Positions 22,773 through 31,669 of a stretch of 32,000 nt of DNA are shown here, one piece after another. Position numbers and translations under genes: made by a program. The stretch comes from Vibrio vulnificus CMCP6 (GTDB taxonomy: Bacteria > Pseudomonadota > Gammaproteobacteria > Enterobacterales > Vibrionaceae): contig NC_004459.3 of the NCBI RefSeq assembly GCF_000039765.1, positions 60,001-92,000 of the forward strand. Reading direction: 5' to 3'. Within the stretch, counting starts at the first letter, position 1, and every line of letters begins with the position of its first letter. The notes below the pieces were generated by a model that worked only from the letters and a program-made list of their open reading frames with translations, was not told the DNA's origin and ran no database searches.

Positions 22773-24899
22773 CTAGTCTGCGAAAGCTGGGCCGCCAGAG
22801 CGACTTTGTCTATCGAGCTGCTTTTTCACTCGAATAACCATTGCTTCCAGTTTTTGGATCTGTTCGTTACTCACATCTCCGGTTATATGGAATACCGGCG
22901 CAAAGGTTGACGGTGGTGTTTTGGCTGAGGAAACACTTGGCGAAGCGGCAACAACTTGAGCACTCTTAGCAGAGTCGGCCACTTCAGTTTTGGGCTTATC
23001 ATCACCACCAAACCAGCCACCAATCCAGCGGCCAATGCTACTTCCGCCGAGCCCACCTAATGCACCGCCGATAACACCACCAATGGCCGTGCCGATCACC
23101 GGCACAACGGACCCCAGAGCAGCGCCTGCCATCGCCCCTGCGGCCATGCCGCCCATGTTGCCGATGGTGCCGCCAACTTCACGAGATTTATCTGCACCGG
23201 ATAGTGAGCTGTCCATCAAGGTAGCACCGATATCTGCAATCCCGAGCGCGGCGCCTAGATAAGGCAACTTTCTTGCAGCGCCAGAAAGCAATGATCCGCC
23301 GCTTCGCGCTAAGTTTGCTGCACTGCCTAAAGCCCCTGCTCTTGGTCGAACGGCCCGACCTCGCCCACCTCGGCGGCGGCGACCGCCTCCGGAAGAGGGC
23401 AAACCATCACTTGGCATGTTGGTGACATAAACCTTTTGCACGCCTGCAGAACCTGGCAAATCTGGCGAGCCTCCCTCACCACCACTGCCTCCACGGACAA
23501 AGTCCATAATGCTGCTGCCAACTCGCATTGCCTTGCGGGTTGCCCATATCCCCGCCAAGGTTGCCGCAAGTCCGGTCGCTACTTTTAGCGTGGTTTGCAT
23601 CGTTGAAGGGTCAATGCTGTTAATCGCATCAGCCACGGCGGCAATGGGTTCGGCTAAGTTGTCATCAGCAAAGCTCAACCAAGCGGTTTTCAAGCTCATC
23701 ATGGCAGCGTTCGCCGTCATCGCTGCTCGAGCAGAGTCCTGCAGTACTGCAGTGCCATCTCCATCAATAGCGAGGAAATCATTGAGCTTGGTTTTACCGT
23801 CGGCACTGGCCAGCACTTTCATCATGCGCATGGCTTCATCGCCGAAGAGTTCGCTGTACTGGGTAATGTCGGAATCCGTTGCATCCATGATCTCTTTGAG
23901 AATGCTTGGAATATCTCGAAACTTCTTCTCACCACGAGCCAGCGCTTCTTCATCAAACACCTGAATACCAAGCGCTTCGATATCTTCATAATTGGCGGTG
24001 ATGTCGGCTAAAACGGATTCCATCGCACTGGCGGCCTCTGCTGCAGAGCCAGAGCCCATCCGAGCGATTTGTAACATGGCCCCCATCTCTTGCACCGCTT
24101 TCGGCCCAGTTCGCCCCATTGCGGCATAGGCTGCGGAGACCGATGCGCCTTCTGCAGCTAGGTTTTGCAAGGTAAATGCACCCGCTTTGCCCTGCACCAC
24201 TAACGTATCGATGGCACTCAGTACCTCGTCGGAATTTTTAAGGCCGAATTTATCGCGCATATCGGCAAACATTTCGCCCACATCCAAACCAGCCGCACCA
24301 GTGGCTTGCATAACTCGGCCAATGTTAGCCATGTTCTCTTGTGCAAATTTGAGATCGCCCGTCTTCTCAACAATCTTCTCAACAGCTGAAAGCATCTCGG
24401 CTTGATCGACTCGAATGTCCGCTTGCTGGGAAGTCGCAAACATCTCTTTGCGCAGAGCGGCCATCTCTTCACGCGATTTTCCGGCTTGAATACCTAAACG
24501 TTCATAACGTTCTTCAAGCCCCATCACGGCGACGGCAGAGCCCGCGCCTGCAGCGCCTGTGGCCAAGGCTGACCACTGATTACCAACCAGGTTATCAATC
24601 GCTTCGCCAGCGCCAGTGGCAGAACGGCGCAGCAAGTCATTCTTACGAATGGCTTGTCCGACGCTTTGAACGTATTTTTTTAAGTTGGCTTGAGTCCGGC
24701 CAATCGAGCGCCCCAGCCCACCAACTCGGCTACCCGTTTGTACACTTTCGTTGCCAAGCTGCCGCGTATCGCGCTCGAGCTTTTGCGTTTCTCGCCCCAA
24801 CCGTTTGTTTTGCTGTTCCACATCGGAAAAAGCCCGAGAGACACTTCGGTCAACCCGGGCTTCCACTCCAATGCCGACAGTTTGAGTTTTATCTGTCAT
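22773..24899 (-). CDS. gpT: tail tape measure protein
   Basis: 708 aa: helical Ala-rich N-terminal two-thirds, a Gly-rich hydrophobic C-terminal region, position after the E/E' chaperone. Confidence 0.9.
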   Translation of the reverse strand: MTDKTQTVGIGVEARVDRSVSRAFSDVEQQNKRLGRETQKLERDTRQLGNESVQTGSRVGGLGRSIGRTQANLKKYVQSVGQAIRKNDLLRRSATGAGEAIDNLVGNQWSALATGAAGAGSAVAVMGLEERYERLGIQAGKSREEMAALRKEMFATSQQADIRVDQAEMLSAVEKIVEKTGDLKFAQENMANIGRVMQATGAAGLDVGEMFADMRDKFGLKNSDEVLSAIDTLVVQGKAGAFTLQNLAAEGASVSAAYAAMGRTGPKAVQEMGAMLQIARMGSGSAAEAASAMESVLADITANYEDIEALGIQVFDEEALARGEKKFRDIPSILKEIMDATDSDITQYSELFGDEAMRMMKVLASADGKTKLNDFLAIDGDGTAVLQDSARAAMTANAAMMSLKTAWLSFADDNLAEPIAAVADAINSIDPSTMQTTLKVATGLAATLAGIWATRKAMRVGSSIMDFVRGGSGGEGGSPDLPGSAGVQKVYVTNMPSDGLPSSGGGRRRRGGRGRAVRPRAGALGSAANLARSGGSLLSGAARKLPYLGAALGIADIGATLMDSSLSGADKSREVGGTIGNMGGMAAGAMAGAALGSVVPVIGTAIGGVIGGALGGLGGSSIGRWIGGWFGGDDKPKTEVADSAKSAQVVAASPSVSSAKTPPSTFAPVFHITGDVSNEQIQKLEAMVIRVKKQLDRQSRSGGPAFAD

Positions 24900-24907
24900 G
24901 GCATTTC

Positions 24908-25350
24908 CTACTCATCATCGTCGTCAGATTGTGCGTCGATTAGCTTTCTGCAGTCGTCAAGCCAGTCGCTGAGCTCTCCGACGCTGAGGCTTCTGAGCTC
25001 GGTGAGTGAGACTCCATTGCTGAATCGGGAAAGAGCAAGGCACATCTGGCGGCATACTGAGGCAGTGGCAATAGGAAACAGTCGTAACCCTTTCCCAACT
25101 GGGTATAGTCGTAGTACTCCAGTTGGCCGATAAACTCTCGAGTGGTACCTGTTAGCGCCGCAAACAGATGCATCTCTGCTTCTGCTTCATTCATGTGGCT
25201 TGAACCATCGGCCAGAACTCGAGTCGCGTGGTGTTGAGACAGAATGACATCGTTCGTCGTTGGAGGTCGCATCGTCAGTTGAGTCAACTCCTTACCATCA
25301 AACTCTTTGGCCACTTGCAGCACAATGTTAATCGGTAGATATTTGTTCAT
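24908..25350 (-). CDS. tail assembly chaperone E+E' fusion made by a programmed -1 frameshift (predicted)
   Basis: After slipping at G GGA AAG, the -1 frame reads GLRLFPIATASVCRQMCLALSRFSNGVSLTELRSLSVGELSDWLDDCRKLIDAQSDDDDE and stops at TAG 24908-24910, 9 nt before the tape-measure ATG. The predicted ~147 aa is similar to the size I recall for P2 E+E'. Confidence 0.55.
24940..25350 (-). CDS. gpE: tail assembly chaperone gpE-like (zero-frame product)
   Basis: Lies between the tube and tape-measure genes and contains the slippery heptamer at codons 85-87. Unusually, the zero frame stays open 49 codons past the slip site. Confidence 0.7.
   Translation of the reverse strand: MNKYLPINIVLQVAKEFDGKELTQLTMRPPTTNDVILSQHHATRVLADGSSHMNEAEAEMHLFAALTGTTREFIGQLEYYDYTQLGKGYDCFLLPLPQYAARCALLFPDSAMESHSPSSEASASESSATGLTTAES
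25090..25096 (-). other. -1 ribosomal frameshift slippery heptamer G GGA AAG
   Basis: The minus-strand sequence GGGAAAG is in X XXY YYZ register with the gpE frame (G is the third base of codon 85; GGA and AAG are codons 86 and 87). The heptamer is the same as at the lambda G/GT site. Confidence 0.6.
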
Positions 25351-25359
25351 GGTTACCTC

Positions 25360-25875
25360 TTAAATTCCCAATGCCGCGTTAATGCCGGCGCGACGGTCAA
25401 CGCCGCCAATCTCTTCTTTACCGCTGATCAGATCGATATCTGCCAAGACTTCACCTTTGTATTCCATCTTGAGTTTGGTCCAGGTGATTTTGCAGCTGAC
25501 TTCGGTCAGCTTCTTGCGCTCGAGCTCGCCCAAGTCAATACCAATCACACGGCCATAGATCTGCACTTTCATCGCATCAACTTCCGCACCAGAGCCTTTG
25601 TAAGCAGCGCGGAAAGTAAAGGGCTTTTCGTTGCCCGAGGTCAGGCCAAACAGCTTAATGGTGCTTGGGTTTGGTTCTGCCAGGGTAACTTCGACGTCTT
25701 CCGTTTCAATAGTTCCCATATCAATTTTGATTGGGCCAACCATGCCGCCTGCAATGTACTCTTCCACCACGCGAGTGAGCGGTGGCAGCTTAACTTTCGG
25801 TACTAGGCCAATCATGCCGACGCCATCTTGATACCAAGCGTAATCGACCAACATCTTTGGAGTTCTGCGTTCCAT
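25360..25875 (-). CDS. gpFII: major tail tube protein (P2 gpFII-like)
   Basis: 171 aa. The FII-family pattern (PKMLVDYAWYQDG..GLVPKVKLPPLTRVVEEY) and position after the sheath gene. Confidence 0.9.
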   Translation of the reverse strand: MERRTPKMLVDYAWYQDGVGMIGLVPKVKLPPLTRVVEEYIAGGMVGPIKIDMGTIETEDVEVTLAEPNPSTIKLFGLTSGNEKPFTFRAAYKGSGAEVDAMKVQIYGRVIGIDLGELERKKLTEVSCKITWTKLKMEYKGEVLADIDLISGKEEIGGVDRRAGINAALGI

Positions 25876-25886
25876 TGTGATTGTCC

Positions 25887-27047
25887 TTATTTGAAGATCA
25901 CGTCAGCGTAATCGTTGGTGAAATGGCTCGTTACGTGAATCGCCTGTGCAAGACCTGGCGGTGTGAAGTCGTAATCGAGATAGAAATTTCCTGAAATGAT
26001 CACTTCAGGCGGGTTGAGGTCTGGGTCTGCCCACGCCTTGGCACCGTACATGTGCCCCGCACGCGTTTCACCATCGAGACCGTTCTGCACCGACTCGACG
26101 ACATCTTCAACGAATGTGGTGAGGATCTTGCGGTCTCGTGCCCATTTCAGGCCAGCAGTGACCATATCCAGAACCATGTCATTTACCCGAACATGGGCGT
26201 TGAACTGCCATTTCGGATCATCACTGCAGCTTAGGTTCCCCCATAGGCGCAAACCGTCATCGTTGATGATGGTCGTGATTTGGTTTTCGTTCAGCAGGTG
26301 AGATAGACAGTTCGTGTCACCGTCTGCGTAGTCGATGGGGAACTCTGTGCCAAGCGCACCGTTAATACGCAGATTGGAGATTGACGCACTGTAGCCGTAG
26401 TTTGGGTCTTGGTCTTTTTGGATCTCAACGCCCAGAGCAAACGCGGACATTGGTACCAGTTCATCGAACTTGTTGCGAACTCTTGGCCAGAACAGCTCTA
26501 AACGGCGATCGCCCCACAGTTGACGATACGCCACGGCATCTTCGTAAGTGCTTCCAGGGCAGTCCGCAAAGACTTTGCAGCGCAAACGGGTCGCGATAGG
26601 CAAGAGCGCGGTCAGCACCGATTGGTTATGCGAATAACCAGCGACAGTCAGCAGGCGAGGGCGTTTGCCCGTAATCGCCTGCACATCGAGAATCGCCTCA
26701 ATACCTTGTTTTTCGCCCGTTGCTGGATCAACGCCACCAATGATATTGGCGATGGTTGCCGCTTCATCGGCGCCTTCTTCAACACGAATCACGCAGATTG
26801 AGCAGCGCTTTTGGTCGTAGACACTTGCCATGAAGTTCGGCAGGGTTCCCGCCTTATTGCCCACCATATCCAGTTTGGCCAACTTGTGTGGGTTGCCAGC
26901 AATCAGGATAGGTTTTTTAGCAGGGAAAACAGAAGGGTCTGCATCAGGAGCGGTTCCGACAACCACCGCAAAGGAGGTGTCTGCCATGAGCATTGGGCGC
27001 ACGCCGCTTTCGTCTGTAGACCCGAAGATGCCATGTTTAAATGCCAT
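25887..27047 (-). CDS. gpFI: contractile tail sheath protein (P2 gpFI-like)
   Basis: 386 aa with MAFKHGIF.. N-terminus, sheath-family blocks, and SD AGAGGAA. Confidence 0.9.
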   Translation of the reverse strand: MAFKHGIFGSTDESGVRPMLMADTSFAVVVGTAPDADPSVFPAKKPILIAGNPHKLAKLDMVGNKAGTLPNFMASVYDQKRCSICVIRVEEGADEAATIANIIGGVDPATGEKQGIEAILDVQAITGKRPRLLTVAGYSHNQSVLTALLPIATRLRCKVFADCPGSTYEDAVAYRQLWGDRRLELFWPRVRNKFDELVPMSAFALGVEIQKDQDPNYGYSASISNLRINGALGTEFPIDYADGDTNCLSHLLNENQITTIINDDGLRLWGNLSCSDDPKWQFNAHVRVNDMVLDMVTAGLKWARDRKILTTFVEDVVESVQNGLDGETRAGHMYGAKAWADPDLNPPEVIISGNFYLDYDFTPPGLAQAIHVTSHFTNDYADVIFK

Positions 27048-27113
27048 GGTTGGGTTCCTCTTGTAGAAAGAAAACTCACCTTCAGCGGCATCATTGAGTT
27101 TTTATGGTAGGTG

Positions 27114-27392
27114 TTATTGAAGTTGTTGGGAGGGATTCCCTGGCTGGCGCGGGGTTTCTTGTTCGTCGGCCCGAATGGCGCCTTGGAATTTGACTTGGCG
27201 GATTTTCAGCGCGTCAGCGGTGTGGTTGCTGATGCGGTAGATTTTCCGCGCACCCTCTTCCAAGGCTTCGGCCATGGTGAACAGATTGCTCAACATGGCG
27301 CTTTTGGTGAAGGGGATGACCCCTTTCACCGTGAGCACTTTGCCTTTGCTGCCTGTTTCAGCCTGATCGGTTGCGGATGTCTGGCCGGACAT
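27114..27392 (-). CDS. hypothetical protein at the P2 G / Z-fun position; possibly the distal part of a gene interrupted by TAA
   Basis: 92-aa ORF with protein-like composition. It is in frame with a 20-codon ORF (27408-27470) that has the better SD. See findings. Confidence 0.45.
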   Translation of the reverse strand: MSGQTSATDQAETGSKGKVLTVKGVIPFTKSAMLSNLFTMAEALEEGARKIYRISNHTADALKIRQVKFQGAIRADEQETPRQPGNPSQQLQ

Positions 27393-27479
27393 ATCTTGTC
27401 CGGCGAGTTACTGACGTACGCTGACGGTCAGGTTGTTAAGGGTGAGCTGGGTTCCGGATAGGGTTAGCATATAGATTCC

Positions 27480-29810
27480 TTAGCTAAGTTCCCTAACATT
27501 CCAATAATACGAACTCCCATCTTCAGATGTAGATTTTATAGCCAACACTATCGAACCAACAGAAGGATTTATAGTTCCACCTTTAACAATAACTCTACCT
27601 TGACCGCTCCCATTAGTAAAAGATGTAAACTCATCCTCAATCCTTATTGATATCATCTTATCTTTAATATCATTATCTTTGATGTTATTAATATTTGTAT
27701 TGGTTGTATTTGCTGTTTTAAATGTCTTTGATGAGTTTTTTAATATTGGTGATGTATTGTTTACATCAAGCGTCAGAGTTGTACTGTAATTAATTTTCCC
27801 AACAACCACATCATCACCTAATAATGGTCGCTGTGTCTTATCCTTCGCATAAACATCAAATAATGTATTATTTTTAATTACTCCAGTACCTATTTTAACT
27901 TCACTATCGAGTATTATATCTTCCGAATAAACTCCATAGTTATTCAAACTTATATCAACAGTTCCTATAATGACAGATAAAACCGCCCCACCACCTAATT
28001 GCTCAACGAATAGTCCCTTGTCATTTTCCGATAGTTTTGCTACACCAATAGTGTTCCGCTTAGTTGATTTATTTGAATCTGATGAATATAAATACAGACC
28101 TGACGCGCCATTTCCCTTACTATTAATTACCGCCGTTGTGCTATCATTATTGTTAATAAATGCCCAACCGTGCACAGCATTATTGTCAGCATCTATGGTA
28201 CCAAATGTCATGTTGTGCGTTTCTTCAGCTTTTCCTCCATTAACACCGTTCTCGTTTGTTTTTACTAAAGTAACAGTACCGTTCATGCACGTTCTTTCAA
28301 AAAGTGCTCCATTGCTGGCATTATTAAATCCTATGGCAGACAATAAGCTGAAGTTGTCCACATTGGACATTCTCAGTCCATGATTAAATTCTGAGCCATC
28401 GCCGCGCATCTCAACACATGACCAGTTTCTAGTTGGCTTACCCCCTAACAAATCGCCATCCACAGAGACGCCTATTTGTCGCGATCCTTTCGAAAATAGC
28501 CTTCCAGCATTAAAATCGGTACATGCATAAAACCCGATCCCCCCTGTATGCGCATCCAATGCAGTCACATTCCCCAAAGAGAATTCTTCACATTCTTGTA
28601 GACCTAACAAGAAAAAGTCGGCAAATGTTCCTGATGACAATCCTTCGTTTTCCTTTTTGTTTCCATCTAGCAACACATCACCCAATAAAGAAAACTTACT
28701 GCACCCATGCATCTTAATTAAAGGCTTATTTTGATTTGCAGCAAGTTTAAGCTTAGCATTCTGGTGAAAAAGAATATTAAACCCAGACAAACCAACAACA
28801 GCCGTATAATTAATCCCTGATATCTCATCGTCTATTTCTAAAATTGCTCCTGACGCAGCTGAATACTGAATAGCTGACAATAAGTCACCTGGCCAACCTC
28901 GAAAATTAAAACCATTTATTCTATCTTTTCTTTTCGGTCTCAAATCACTCACCGAGCCATCTGCCAACACCTGAGCAATCTTACAGACAAAGTGCTTGAC
29001 GCCATTTGCATCGGTGTAATCATCTTTCTCTTCGGCTGTCACCACTAAATCGAACAGGGTAACTTGCTCGCCTGTTGGTGTGCCTTTGCGGTGCGCGTCT
29101 ACGTAGATGAACGATGGTTTGTTAGGTACTTGAACATTGCGGTCAAATTCGAGTGTGACACGATTGCCCGACACATAACCGGCACCCGCTTTGATGTTGA
29201 ATGCACTCACTTGAGGCGTGACCAAGAAGCCGTCTTCGATAAACCAATCTTTGCCGTTCTGGTCGATGATGGCTTGGGCGACTCGCTCATCGGATTTCGA
29301 AACTTGTGTATTCACGTAGTTTCGACTCGCCGTAATCACATTCGGATTAATCTGAACAATCGGCTCTGCACTGGTGATCACAAACGTCATTTCAAGTGAC
29401 ACTGGATTGTTCAACTGACCATTATTGACAGGGCTAGGAACATAGATACGAGCGCAGTTTCCAATCGCATGAAAATATTCTTGACCGTTAAAAGTCGCGA
29501 CGGCAGCAAATTCTCGAATAACGACATCATGAATATCATCAGGTAACAGAGCTTCTACTGTCAGAATCGGGACGGAGTCCGGTGTTGCTTGCAAAACATC
29601 AACTGAGTTGACCGGAAGACGATACAGCTCATTGACCAGTGACTGGGATTTTCTGTCGGGCTGTACATAGGTGTCGTTGGCATCACCGAATGCAATGTGA
29701 GTGAACTCAACGGGCTTTTTCAGCATTTTGCCGTTTTGCTCAGCAGACTCACCTAATACCGTTAAAATCGATCCATATTGCTGTTCGCTTTCAGGAACTA
29801 AATCTGCCAT
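27480..29810 (-). CDS. gpH: tail fibre/tailspike: gpH-like N-terminal anchor fused to a parallel beta-helix-like C-terminal domain
   Basis: The N-terminus (FTHIAFGDANDTYVQPDRKSQSLVNELYR) is the P2 H/tail-collar pattern. From about residue 300 there are N/G/S/T-rich ~22-25-aa repeats typical of pectate-lyase-fold tailspikes. Confidence 0.85.
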   Translation of the reverse strand: MADLVPESEQQYGSILTVLGESAEQNGKMLKKPVEFTHIAFGDANDTYVQPDRKSQSLVNELYRLPVNSVDVLQATPDSVPILTVEALLPDDIHDVVIREFAAVATFNGQEYFHAIGNCARIYVPSPVNNGQLNNPVSLEMTFVITSAEPIVQINPNVITASRNYVNTQVSKSDERVAQAIIDQNGKDWFIEDGFLVTPQVSAFNIKAGAGYVSGNRVTLEFDRNVQVPNKPSFIYVDAHRKGTPTGEQVTLFDLVVTAEEKDDYTDANGVKHFVCKIAQVLADGSVSDLRPKRKDRINGFNFRGWPGDLLSAIQYSAASGAILEIDDEISGINYTAVVGLSGFNILFHQNAKLKLAANQNKPLIKMHGCSKFSLLGDVLLDGNKKENEGLSSGTFADFFLLGLQECEEFSLGNVTALDAHTGGIGFYACTDFNAGRLFSKGSRQIGVSVDGDLLGGKPTRNWSCVEMRGDGSEFNHGLRMSNVDNFSLLSAIGFNNASNGALFERTCMNGTVTLVKTNENGVNGGKAEETHNMTFGTIDADNNAVHGWAFINNNDSTTAVINSKGNGASGLYLYSSDSNKSTKRNTIGVAKLSENDKGLFVEQLGGGAVLSVIIGTVDISLNNYGVYSEDIILDSEVKIGTGVIKNNTLFDVYAKDKTQRPLLGDDVVVGKINYSTTLTLDVNNTSPILKNSSKTFKTANTTNTNINNIKDNDIKDKMISIRIEDEFTSFTNGSGQGRVIVKGGTINPSVGSIVLAIKSTSEDGSSYYWNVRELS

Positions 29811-29814
29811 GTTT

Positions 29815-30465
29815 TTACTCCAAAACTAACGGAAGCGGCCCAGAGCGGACCACGACAGCAACGCGAGACAAACACGCCATCGCGCTGCTGGATGAACTCA
29901 CCATGGAACTGATTTTCCAAGGGCCGGAACGGACTTGCAGGGCTTGCCTGCTCATCGAAATGTGTTTTTCAGGGTTCTCTACCCGACTCTTAATCGATAC
30001 ACCGACCAAACGACTGCGGGTATTTTTTGAATGTTGAATGGCTCGAACAATTTCAGGAACGGTAGACGCATCCACTGGCGATTGTTCAGAAATTAAGTCG
30101 ACACGGAACTGACCTGGAATGAGATTTTCTTCATCTTCAAACCACTCCACCGCTTTGAGCGAGTCGGCACGAATAGCTTCAATGCTCTTATCAATCGCGT
30201 AGCGGGTACCTTTATAAATATGAATATCTAGTGCAGTGGCACAAACTCGACGTTTCGTTTCAATCGGCCAACTGTCATCCCAGTCATCGACAGAAAGCTC
30301 CCATGCCAAATAAGGCAGAAGATCCTCTCGGCACGCCCACGGATTGAGAAAATCGCGAATATCGCGCTCAATCAAGCCAATCTCTTCCCAAAATATCTGC
30401 TCTAAGACGCGCTCAAGCTTTGAAGCTGAAGGCGGTAAAGTCGTTACGAATTCGCCATTCATCAT
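29815..30465 (-). CDS. gpI: baseplate/tail protein gpI-like
   Basis: LPPSASKLERVLE...LNPWACREDLLPYLAWELSVDDWD is the gpI family signature. Lies between J and H. Confidence 0.8.
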   Translation of the reverse strand: MMNGEFVTTLPPSASKLERVLEQIFWEEIGLIERDIRDFLNPWACREDLLPYLAWELSVDDWDDSWPIETKRRVCATALDIHIYKGTRYAIDKSIEAIRADSLKAVEWFEDEENLIPGQFRVDLISEQSPVDASTVPEIVRAIQHSKNTRSRLVGVSIKSRVENPEKHISMSRQALQVRSGPWKISSMVSSSSSAMACLSRVAVVVRSGPLPLVLE

Positions 30466-31322
30466 GCACCTGCCTTTCTCACCACAATTTCATAGCAATA
30501 TGGCGCTTGCGATTTGGAGCAGGCGATCTCTTCCTGCGGGGCAATCAGCTCAACTTTTGAAACAGGTTGGTAAACGCTGTCTACACTGTCGCGCTTTACG
30601 TGGGCAGCAGCGTAAATGGCGGAAAACGAGACATCGCCACCCAAGCGGTGTGCATCATCTGCCAACTTTTGTAAACGCTGCTGTGCCAACTGGAGCGTTT
30701 GTTGCTCGCCAGGGCCAGTCGGCATATGCAGGGCAACTTCTATTCGGTAACGGGAAATTTCAGCAGGTAGCACAAATAGCCGATCGCTTAATGGCCTTTT
30801 GGTTTGCGCATCGAGGTTGTCAAAAACAATCTGGCAGAGCTCTGGTGTCGCCACACCCTCATCTTTACGACTGAGGATATAAAGGTGAATTTGCAGATCA
30901 ATGGGGTTAAGCGGGAAAGCATCGAGCACATCTTCATGGGCATTCAAAGCGTGGAAAATATAAGCGCCATCTGGCCCTGCAGTACTGAATCCTTCCGGTG
31001 CCATCTGAACGCGGCGGCGATATTGCTCATCCGTTTCAGTGTCATATTTTTCAACTGGGCGAGCAGCGCCTAAGTGCTGTAAATTCGCGCCACCGGAAAA
31101 TGCCACCATGTTATCCAAGCTCATGTCTTGGAATTCTTGCCTAGCACGTGTCACTTCTTCAGACATAGCGGAAAAAGCGTTGTAGAGTGGGTCTCCCACT
31201 TTTGGAGCATCGATACCCATCAGCTGCGCATAGCGATTAAGCATGCGCGCTCGAATGCTTGCTGCATCGAGTTGTTTCACCACTTCCGGTGGCGGTAGCT
31301 GAGGAATTTCAATCTGACTCAA
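30462..31322 (-). CDS. gpJ: baseplate protein gpJ-like
   Basis: 286 aa Baseplate_J-type sequence. ATGA-type overlaps with W and I. Confidence 0.85.
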   Translation of the reverse strand: MSQIEIPQLPPPEVVKQLDAASIRARMLNRYAQLMGIDAPKVGDPLYNAFSAMSEEVTRARQEFQDMSLDNMVAFSGGANLQHLGAARPVEKYDTETDEQYRRRVQMAPEGFSTAGPDGAYIFHALNAHEDVLDAFPLNPIDLQIHLYILSRKDEGVATPELCQIVFDNLDAQTKRPLSDRLFVLPAEISRYRIEVALHMPTGPGEQQTLQLAQQRLQKLADDAHRLGGDVSFSAIYAAAHVKRDSVDSVYQPVSKVELIAPQEEIACSKSQAPYCYEIVVRKAGA

Positions 31323-31666
31323 ACTCGAAGCCCTGTGATGCGCTCAACGCTGCCATCAAACAGCAACGTTACGTCTAACGAAATGGAGACACTATTCTCA
31401 CCGCGCTCCAACCAAACCTTGTTGAGTTTTAGCTCGTCAACAAAGCCATTGGGAGGGTGTGCCAGCATCTCAGCGATATCGGCATAGATATCCATTTCAA
31501 GTTCTGGCGTGATATTGCGGTCCACTCGTTCAGGGAGATTTGAGCCAAAACTGCGATTAAGGGGCACGGTTCGGCGACGAGTTCGCATGCAACGCTGAAT
31601 GCGCTGCCTCAATTCTTCTACACCTGTGATGAGCTCACCTGTGGTTTCATGAATTCCGGTTGCCAT
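31319..31666 (-). CDS. gpW: baseplate protein gpW (GPW/gp25 family)
   Basis: 115 aa. LRQRIQRCMRTRRRTVPLNRSFGSNL is the GPW_gp25 pattern. Confidence 0.85.
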   Translation of the reverse strand: MATGIHETTGELITGVEELRQRIQRCMRTRRRTVPLNRSFGSNLPERVDRNITPELEMDIYADIAEMLAHPPNGFVDELKLNKVWLERGENSVSISLDVTLLFDGSVERITGLRV

Positions 31667-31669
31667 GAT

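Noticed and set aside
22990-25133. Plus-strand ORFs 22990-23262, 23509-23964, 24187-24405 and 24690-25133
   Set aside because: All are shadows inside the tape-measure and gpE genes. The Pro/Ala/Ser-rich translations mirror the Gly/Ala-rich sense strand.
27111-27461. 116-aa plus-strand ORF between the sheath and fibre genes
   Set aside because: It is opposite to the whole tail operon, lacks an SD and has a Gly/Phe/Ala-rich antisense-like composition. The minus-strand frame has the better start signals, so it was preferred, though with modest confidence.
30344-31073. Plus-strand ORFs 30344-30874 and 30804-31073
   Set aside because: They are antisense to the gpI/gpJ baseplate genes, with no signals or motifs.
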